17,871 nt of DNA from NCBI GenBank assembly GCA_019894975.1, contig JAGXNO010000059.1:1-17871 (forward strand), given 5' to 3'. Under the pieces are notes generated by a model that was not told the origin of the DNA, did no database searches, and saw nothing but the letters and a program-made list of their open reading frames with translations. This document shows positions 1-6,338 of the stretch, in pieces (positions within the stretch are counted from its first letter, which is position 1; each line of letters opens with the position of its first letter). The position numbers were made by a program, and so were the translations under genes. The DNA is from Promethearchaeota archaeon (GTDB lineage Archaea > Asgardarchaeota > Lokiarchaeia > Sigyniarchaeales > SOKP01).

Positions 1-447
1 ACCCAATAAATCAAGGAATCTCTCCATCCTTTCTTTTATTTTCTCTCTTTTCATGAGGTGTAAGTTCCCAAAAAGCTCAATATTTTCCTTAGCATTTAGA
101 TATTGATAAACTGCCGCTTGTTGGGGGCACACACCAATTAATTCTTTGATCTTGCTAAGATTTTTCTTTACATTATAACCTCCTACAAAAGCCTCTCCTT
201 CAGTTTGATTTATCAAACCACACAAAATATTTATGGTAGTCGTTTTTCCTGCTCCGTTTGGACCTAAAAGACCAAAAATCTCGCCCTTGTTTATTGAAAA
301 CGATATTCCGTCGACAGCCTTAACTTCCTCGATGACTTTCTTGCCCGTGTATGTCTTCCTCAAATCTTTGACTTCAATAGCATTCGGATTATCAGAACCA
401 AATATTATTTCTTTGTTTGTATGGGCTGTATTTTCTGATTTTGACAT
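1..447 (-). CDS. ABC transporter ATP-binding protein (ABC-2/DrrA-like exporter ATPase), N-terminal part; the gene runs off the left edge
   Basis: Not in the ORF track. Manual translation of the minus strand from ATG at 447 gives MSKSENTAHTNKEIIFGSDNPNAIEVKDLRKTY...KAVDGISFSINKGEIFGLLGPNGAGKTTTINILCGL...IGVCPQQAAVYQYLNAKENIELFG..., with Walker A GPNGAGKT and Q-loop CPQ. The frame stays open to position 1. Confidence 0.95.
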   Translation of the reverse strand, partial: MSKSENTAHTNKEIIFGSDNPNAIEVKDLRKTYTGKKVIEEVKAVDGISFSINKGEIFGLLGPNGAGKTTTINILCGLINQTEGEAFVGGYNVKKNLSKIKELIGVCPQQAAVYQYLNAKENIELFGNLHLMKREKIKERMERFLDLLG

Positions 448-510
448 TTTTTAATACACTTTTTTTCAAAATTTTATTAGTTAAAAATAGTAAAGATTGG
501 TGCTCTAATA

Positions 511-524
511 AGAGAATGTTCTCT
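511..524. promoter_or_regulatory. Candidate operator: palindrome AGAGAA-TG-TTCTCT upstream of the ABC ATPase gene
   Basis: Perfect 6-2-6 inverted repeat about 65 nt upstream of the ATG at 447, interleaved with a CTCTAATA direct repeat at 503-510 and 521-528. Confidence 0.3.
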
Positions 525-766
525 AATACGGAAACAAATAAAAATTGGGAGTGTATAATCATTAAAGAGAAAGAAGGGAAACTAAGTATTGAAATCATAA
601 AAACGTAAAATAAAAAATTAACCCAAAATGGCAGATATAATTCACTTTTTTACACTAAATTGGATAGGAATTAATACCTAAAATTCCCAATTTTTTTCTC
701 TTTGGTTGAGATTTGGGAAAGCAATTTGATCTAATTATATTTAGATTTTTTCAATGAATTTAAAAT

Positions 767-779
767 AAAGAAAAAAAAA
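767..779 (-). terminator. Candidate archaeal oligo-T terminator
   Basis: A-run on the + strand (T-run on the - strand) about 12-25 nt downstream of the stop of the 791-1045 gene. Confidence 0.3.
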
Positions 780-790
780 TTATTATTTAG

Positions 791-1045
791 TTAATCTTTA
801 CCTCGAATTAGTTTAATCAGAAATATAAGAAGAAATATAGCTCCGATTGTAACACAAATAACAGGTATAAACTGTGAAACGAGACCAATTGTCAAGCCTT
901 CTGCTGTGCTAATAGAATCTAAAAAATCTTGCCAACTTAAGATAGTGGGCTCATTCCAATCTAATAATGGAGGTATTACAAACATTGTTATTATAAAAAT
1001 AACAACAAAAATTACTCCAATAATAAATGCTGTCCATTTTTTCAT
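791..1045 (-). CDS. Small hypothetical membrane protein (2 TM helices)
   Basis: 84-aa ORF, MKK start, two hydrophobic segments flanking an acidic loop, basic C-terminal tail; fills the gap between neighbouring genes. Confidence 0.75.
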   Translation of the reverse strand: MKKWTAFIIGVIFVVIFIITMFVIPPLLDWNEPTILSWQDFLDSISTAEGLTIGLVSQFIPVICVTIGAIFLLIFLIKLIRGKD

Positions 1046-1119
1046 GCTAATCTACTCATTTATTCTAAAATTTTTTTGTTAAATTATTTGGTTCTAATGA
1101 ATATAATTAACTCATAAAA

Positions 1120-1127
1120 TTATAAAA
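1120..1127 (+). promoter_or_regulatory. Candidate TATA box (TTATAAAA) for a leaderless or short-leader transcript of the DUF998 gene
   Basis: TTATAAAA preceded by an A-rich BRE-like segment and ending about 25 nt before the ATG at 1152; no Shine-Dalgarno is visible. The AT-rich background makes this weak. Confidence 0.3.
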
Positions 1128-1151
1128 TGTTTTTGCATTATTACAACATAT

Positions 1152-1760
1152 ATGACAGTTCTTCAGATTTTAGCAATTTGTGGAATGCTTAGTCCCATCA
1201 TCTATACTGCGATGTGGATTATTGTGGGAAGCTTAGATTCGGATTATAATCATATAAGAGATGATATTAGTTCACTGTTTGCCGTTGGTGCTCCTAATAG
1301 GCGCTTAGCACAATCATTCGTGATAACTGAGAGTGTTTTATTGTTTGTATTTTTCATTGGATTACACGAAGGTATCACTGATGGGGGAGGTTCCATTGTT
1401 GGACCGGTCGTTCTTCTGATTAGTTCCATATTGGGAATACTGATTGCTCTTTTCTTTCCTCTTGATGAGGGAGGTGAATTCACAACTTATAAAGGAAAGA
1501 TGCATATAACCCTTGTAGTCATAATGGGATTATTAGCTATTACTGGGATGGTAGCACTTTGGATTCGATTACAGTCCGTACCTGCATGGTGTGGTTTTGC
1601 CGTATTTTCACTTATTTCGGCCATTCTATCATTAATTGGAGTAGTTATCTCAAGTATTTTTGCTGCAGGTAAGTATAGAGGAATAATCGAAAGAATCATG
1701 GTCACACCCTTTCAATTATTCTATTTCATTCTTAGTCTTATGGTATTTCTGAACAGTTAA
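1152..1760 (+). CDS. DUF998 family membrane protein
   Basis: 202 aa, about 5-6 TM segments, with the typical DUF998 motifs YNHIRDDISSLFAVGAP, FPLD...MH and GIIER. Confidence 0.85.
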   Translation: MTVLQILAICGMLSPIIYTAMWIIVGSLDSDYNHIRDDISSLFAVGAPNRRLAQSFVITESVLLFVFFIGLHEGITDGGGSIVGPVVLLISSILGILIALFFPLDEGGEFTTYKGKMHITLVVIMGLLAITGMVALWIRLQSVPAWCGFAVFSLISAILSLIGVVISSIFAAGKYRGIIERIMVTPFQLFYFILSLMVFLNS

Positions 1761-1806
1761 GCAAGGATAAATAAAAAATAATTTGATTACCGGTGTAAAA
1801 CGTTAA

Positions 1807-2388
1807 TCAGGGAATTGTTATTATTTTAAAGAAATCTAAGCAAAGTAGAACGAGAAATAAAACTTGGATCAAAAACTGTATCAAAGATTCGATAGAAAGA
1901 AGTCCCACCTCTTTTTCAACACCAATTATTTTTGGTAACCAGTACAGAAAGAATAGAATAAAGGGAAGAAGCAAAATAACGATGTAGTACCCATTTATAC
2001 TCACCAAGTATTTATAACTGATAATCCAAAACGCAATAGTTGTAAAGAGTAAACCGGAAACATGCAATACGCGAACTCCCTTTGATATTTGGTGTATTTC
2101 TTTATATTCTTTTCCCACATCTTTATTTTCTTTCTCTTTCACATTTAAAATTGTTATAATATAATCAAACCTCATCATTTGGTGTAATACATTTATAAAA
2201 GCTACGAAAGAAATCATCATTAAAAAGGTAATTGTGACAATACCTCCCTCAGAAGGAGGATGATCCCAAGCAAGTGCAACAACTACGAGATCGGCACCAA
2301 GTAATGCTGCTGCTGCGGCAACAGCAGTAGTAGTGCTAGCTCCCGGTGCTGCTTTGAACGCTTTAATACCTTCCGACTCATCACTCAT
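1807..2388 (-). CDS. Hypothetical integral membrane protein (about 5 TM)
   Basis: 193-aa ORF with multiple hydrophobic helices; SD-like GAGGT about 8 nt upstream of the ATG on the minus strand. Confidence 0.8.
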   Translation of the reverse strand: MSDESEGIKAFKAAPGASTTTAVAAAAALLGADLVVVALAWDHPPSEGGIVTITFLMMISFVAFINVLHQMMRFDYIITILNVKEKENKDVGKEYKEIHQISKGVRVLHVSGLLFTTIAFWIISYKYLVSINGYYIVILLLPFILFFLYWLPKIIGVEKEVGLLSIESLIQFLIQVLFLVLLCLDFFKIITIP

Positions 2389-2532
2389 ATTTTATGACCT
2401 CTTTTTATATATTTATTTTTGCATTATAGAATCTGATTGAATATCTATAATATTTTAGTTAAAAGAGAATTAAGCTAAATATAAAAATTAAATACATTTC
2501 TTGGTGATAAACAAATAAGGATATTATTGCTT

Positions 2533-2652
2533 TTAGGTAAGTTCCACTTTTTTAGGAAGTCTAATCGTAAAAGTTGCTCCTTTATTATGAACTAATCTTT
2601 CAGGTTTTAAACAATTTTGCCACTGTAAGAATTCTTCTTTGACTAATTTGGC
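2533..2652 (-). pseudogene. Remnant resembling the C-terminus of a histidine kinase ATPase (HATPase_c) domain
   Basis: Open stretch with no in-frame ATG/GTG/TTG upstream of the motif: AKLVKEEFLQWQNCLKPERLVHNKGATFTIRLPKKVELT*. KGATFTIRLP matches the typical G-x-x-F-T-I-x-L-P terminal strand of sensor kinases. Confidence 0.45.
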
Positions 2653-3566
2653 TCAAGAATAAATTTCATGCGGTCTTCACCCAAAATCACTTCTCCATCG
2701 AACACATCAGAAATCCCTTTTAAATAAATAGTTTCAACATTCTTATTTAATAAGGGAGGAGTAATGTGAACGAAAACAAGCTTTTTAACCTGTGCTTCTT
2801 TCGCAAGTTTTGCAGCTGAAACAGGATTCATATGATAGTTCTGAATGTCTGTTAGAATTTTAGCTACCCTTGGATTTAATTTTTCTGCTAATGTTATCAT
2901 ATTATTTAATAAATCAAAAGAAATTGCTTCGCTGAATAAAATATCTGCATTTGTACAGTGTTTCACAAGGTTATCGGTTTTAATCGTGTCACCTGTTATT
3001 GCAACAACTAAACCTTCATATTCTATTCTATATCCAACAGCGGGATTTACGGGAGAATGATCAACCTCAAATGCATATATTTTCACTCCATTTCTATCAA
3101 AGCACAATTCTTTCTCATTATGGTCCTGTATTGTTATAGTTTTACTTATAGGCACCCCTGCTTCAGAAGGTACAATTTCTTCTCCATGGTGGGCAATTCT
3201 ATACCCTGTATCAAATTCGTAAGCCATTTTAAATCCATTAACAACCTTATCTACACCCTTAGGTCCATATACTTCTAATGATTTTGATCTTCCACTCGTC
3301 CATGACATCATATTGGCTTCACCCAGGTCCCCGATGTGATCTGAATGAAAGTGGGTAAGAAAAATACAACTTAATCGTGCTACGGGAAGCCTCATTAAAT
3401 CGACATTTCGATATGTGCCCGGTCCGACATCAAAAAGAATAAATTCTCCGTTAGCAATTACAGCGATACTTGAAGCAACTCTTTTCTCATTGTTAAACGG
3501 GCCCCCAGAACCCACAAGAAAAATATGGAGTTTCCCATCCTCAAGTAATTTTTCCTGACTTAGCAT
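2643..3566 (-). CDS. MBL-fold metallo-hydrolase, RNase Z/ElaC/AtsA-like
   Basis: 307 aa; GSGGP N-terminal motif, DVGPG, THFHSDH (HxHxDH), VDHSP, TGDT, YHM and a C-terminal VH. Confidence 0.92.
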   Translation of the reverse strand: MLSQEKLLEDGKLHIFLVGSGGPFNNEKRVASSIAVIANGEFILFDVGPGTYRNVDLMRLPVARLSCIFLTHFHSDHIGDLGEANMMSWTSGRSKSLEVYGPKGVDKVVNGFKMAYEFDTGYRIAHHGEEIVPSEAGVPISKTITIQDHNEKELCFDRNGVKIYAFEVDHSPVNPAVGYRIEYEGLVVAITGDTIKTDNLVKHCTNADILFSEAISFDLLNNMITLAEKLNPRVAKILTDIQNYHMNPVSAAKLAKEAQVKKLVFVHITPPLLNKNVETIYLKGISDVFDGEVILGEDRMKFILEPN

Positions 3567-3586
3567 AAATCTTAGTTTAAAATATG

Positions 3587-4237
3587 TTATGTTTTATTTT
3601 TTTTATCGAAAAGATGGTCATGAAGCACCTCACCTATTTGATTAATTTGTTTTTGAACATCCACTTGGTCTTCAACTCGAATGCAAAGGTCACTTGAAGC
3701 TTTCGTACCTTTCCCGAATAATACCGGAGCACCACTCATTTTACACTCGCTTCCTCTTCCACAAGTAAGACATGGAACGTTCCCTCTAATTAGTATCGTC
3801 TCGATAACCTTCATGTTTTCCATTCTCATATGATGCGCAATTATTTGACTCACTGGTTTGGAAGTCATTGGTAAAACACCACTTACTACGATGACAACTT
3901 GTTTACCTTCATTGAGATTTTTTTGGTGTCGCATTGACCATAAACGTTCCAAAAAAGCTTTTGTGTGGGCATCAAGTGAATTATAAGAACAATATGCTCC
4001 TATCACAAGTGCACTCGCTTCACGGACTTTACTGGCAAGAGCAGGAAAGTCATCTTCTTGTTTACATATATTATCCTCAACACAGCGCTTACATGCTCGA
4101 CATGGTCTTACAGTGATATCACTGAGTTTCACAAATTCAGATTCAAGCTTACTGGCCTTAAGGATGGCTTTAATTGCTCGATCCGTGTTACTATTAGGTA
4201 CAGGGCTGCCTGATACACCTAAGATTTTTAGACTCAT
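3587..4237 (-). CDS. Iron-sulfur flavoprotein / NADPH-dependent FMN reductase (flavodoxin-like) family protein
   Basis: 216 aa; FMN phosphate-binding loop GSPVPNSNT and Cx2Cx2Cx5C (CRACKRCVEDNIC) followed by DD, as in the Isf family. Confidence 0.9.
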   Translation of the reverse strand: MSLKILGVSGSPVPNSNTDRAIKAILKASKLESEFVKLSDITVRPCRACKRCVEDNICKQEDDFPALASKVREASALVIGAYCSYNSLDAHTKAFLERLWSMRHQKNLNEGKQVVIVVSGVLPMTSKPVSQIIAHHMRMENMKVIETILIRGNVPCLTCGRGSECKMSGAPVLFGKGTKASSDLCIRVEDQVDVQKQINQIGEVLHDHLFDKKNKT

Positions 4238-4430
4238 CTAGTTTAAAAAAGTAGTTATTCTAATAAAATTATTGATTTACCGCTATAAGATCAGACGAAA
4301 ACGAAAATTCTTATTTTTTTATTTTTATCCTTTAAGAGGTTTTTCCAAAATCTAAAATCCCTCATTTTTAAGAGAATTTGAATTAAATCTGATAAATATC
4401 AACATTTTAATATATCGATTTACTATTTTT

Positions 4431-4787
4431 ATGATGTTTAAGGAGTTTGTTACATTTCTAGGAACTAAAGATCTCAAAATTACTTCTGATTTTTATCAAA
4501 ATGTCCTTGGTTTGACTGTATACAAAGATCAAGGTGAGTGTTTAATCTTCAATGTAAATAACCAAAGTAAAATTGGTTTTTGCTTACATATGTCAGTTAT
4601 TTATGAAGAAAAAAGTCCAATTATAACTTTTGTTACAGAGGAGGTTGACGAGGTATATGAAAAGATAAGTCAACACGGTATTGATATTCCAGAAAAACCC
4701 AAGACTAACCAAAAATTTAACATTTACCACTTTTTCTTTAAAGATCCTAATGGATATTCAATCGAAATACAAAAATTTCTTGACTAG
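4431..4787 (+). CDS. VOC/glyoxalase-bleomycin resistance family protein
   Basis: 118 aa; DLKITSDFYQNVLGL at the N-terminus and FFFKDPNGYSIEIQ at the C-terminus. Confidence 0.93.
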   Translation: MMFKEFVTFLGTKDLKITSDFYQNVLGLTVYKDQGECLIFNVNNQSKIGFCLHMSVIYEEKSPIITFVTEEVDEVYEKISQHGIDIPEKPKTNQKFNIYHFFFKDPNGYSIEIQKFLD

Positions 4788-4914
4788 TAAGGTGATCATA
4801 ATTGAACAGAGCGAAAAAACAGAAATAATAAAAATTGAAGTTTAAAAGATGTGTTACTCTTTTCTCTCTATCAAATAGTTAAAGAATTTAAATAATTACA
4901 GAAGTGTAATAAAT

Positions 4915-6330
4915 TTGTGCCCCCCTAACTCCGAATCTAACACTCAAACATCATCTAGATTAATAAAAACTACTCCCGATTTTAATTCCATGATTCGGAT
5001 TACGTTTTGGAATGGATTAGGTTTCATTTTTTTCATGTTTATAAAAACTTACGTAGTCCTCTTCTATTTTGGAGAGACGGGAGTTGTTTTTGGAATAATC
5101 ATGGCATTACAACCTTTTGCAAGGCTAATTTCAATGCCTTTAATTGCATATCTAACTGATCATACATCTAAGAAACGCCTTGTTTTAATTGGTTCACTGG
5201 GTCGAACTCTATCTTACTCAATATATTGGATCTCACTGGTTATTAAAGATTTAACTCTATTTGGTGTAGGCACGTTCTGTCAGGGTTTACTTGTAGGATT
5301 CTTTTGGCCACCCTTTTTTTCCTTAATCTCGGAAAAATCCTGTAAAGAGAATAGAACCCAAGCGTTAGCAACGGGTAGGGGTAAAATGATTGGATATGGA
5401 TTTTTGGTAGGAGCTTTTATCAGTATTCCTATCTTTGCGTCAGTAAGTATTTTCATGCCAAATAATATCCCATTAATGTATAGTCCAATATTAATATTTG
5501 CGGTACTTAATTTAATAGCAGGATATCGTTTTCATGTGAGAGTAGATGAAGATCTCACCTATGAAAAATATTGTGCGTCTTTAGATGATTCGAACTTACA
5601 AGTAAAAAGCTTTATAAGCAATGGAGTTATCAGTGGTGAAGAAACCGTGACTACGGTTGAAATCCTTGAAATACCTGAAAAAATTAATAAGAAATTAAAT
5701 AAATCGTTTCTTGCAGGTTTCTCCGCAATTATCATAGTGATACTTGTCACTTCAATGGCCGGGACAATATATTCAATGTTTATCTCGGCTTACTTAATCA
5801 ACAATCTTTTACCTAACTTTTCTGAGAATATTGTACCAATCATTGTAATGATTGTCTATTTTCCCGCACAGGTCCTTTCACAGTTAGTTGCACCAAAATT
5901 GGGTAAATATTTTGACCGAATTTCACCTACCATAAGTGTAATTATTTTAAATATATTCAAGGCTCTAATGATTTGGTTGCTAATCGGTGCTTTTACATCT
6001 ATTGATTTTGCAGTCATTCTAATATTACTTTATATCTCATTAGAATCAAATGGGTACCTTATACAAGCAATTATGAGCCGAGTATCAATAAAACATAGAG
6101 GAAAGATTTTTGGTTTGCATATGTGGGTTGATAGGTTAGGTAGAGTTATTGGTCCATTAATTGGGGGACTTCTATGGGATACTTTAACTGACACCGCTCC
6201 TTTTATAATTTCAATTTATATCATCTTATGCTTAATCCCTGTTTTCGTTTTTGCCATTCGAAAATTAAGCCCATACATGGTAGAACAGGTGGACATAGAT
6301 ACGATGGGAGTTTTAAAGATTAAGAAATAG
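4915..6330 (+). CDS. Major facilitator superfamily (MFS) transporter
   Basis: About 12 hydrophobic helices in two halves with a long central loop; motif A-like AYLTDHTSKKR and GKYFDRIS; late HRGKIFG...GRVIGPLIGGLLW. Start uncertain (TTG 4915 or ATG 4990). Confidence 0.92.
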   Translation: MCPPNSESNTQTSSRLIKTTPDFNSMIRITFWNGLGFIFFMFIKTYVVLFYFGETGVVFGIIMALQPFARLISMPLIAYLTDHTSKKRLVLIGSLGRTLSYSIYWISLVIKDLTLFGVGTFCQGLLVGFFWPPFFSLISEKSCKENRTQALATGRGKMIGYGFLVGAFISIPIFASVSIFMPNNIPLMYSPILIFAVLNLIAGYRFHVRVDEDLTYEKYCASLDDSNLQVKSFISNGVISGEETVTTVEILEIPEKINKKLNKSFLAGFSAIIIVILVTSMAGTIYSMFISAYLINNLLPNFSENIVPIIVMIVYFPAQVLSQLVAPKLGKYFDRISPTISVIILNIFKALMIWLLIGAFTSIDFAVILILLYISLESNGYLIQAIMSRVSIKHRGKIFGLHMWVDRLGRVIGPLIGGLLWDTLTDTAPFIISIYIILCLIPVFVFAIRKLSPYMVEQVDIDTMGVLKIKK

Positions 6331-6338
6331 GATATAAA

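Noticed and set aside
233-608. Short ORFs 233-454(+), 392-598(-) and 417-608(+)
   Set aside because: They are antisense or alternative-frame shadows of the real ABC ATPase (1-447, minus) and AT-rich intergenic DNA, with no recognisable motifs.
2305-2352. TGC/TAG trinucleotide runs
   Set aside because: They simply encode the Ala/Thr-rich helix of the 193-aa protein and are too short for a tandem repeat locus.
2643-3566. Assigning the gene symbol rnz (tRNase Z)
   Set aside because: The MBL motifs fit the wider ElaC/AtsA family, and I cannot see the tRNA-binding exosite (GP-rich flexible arm), so the function is left open.
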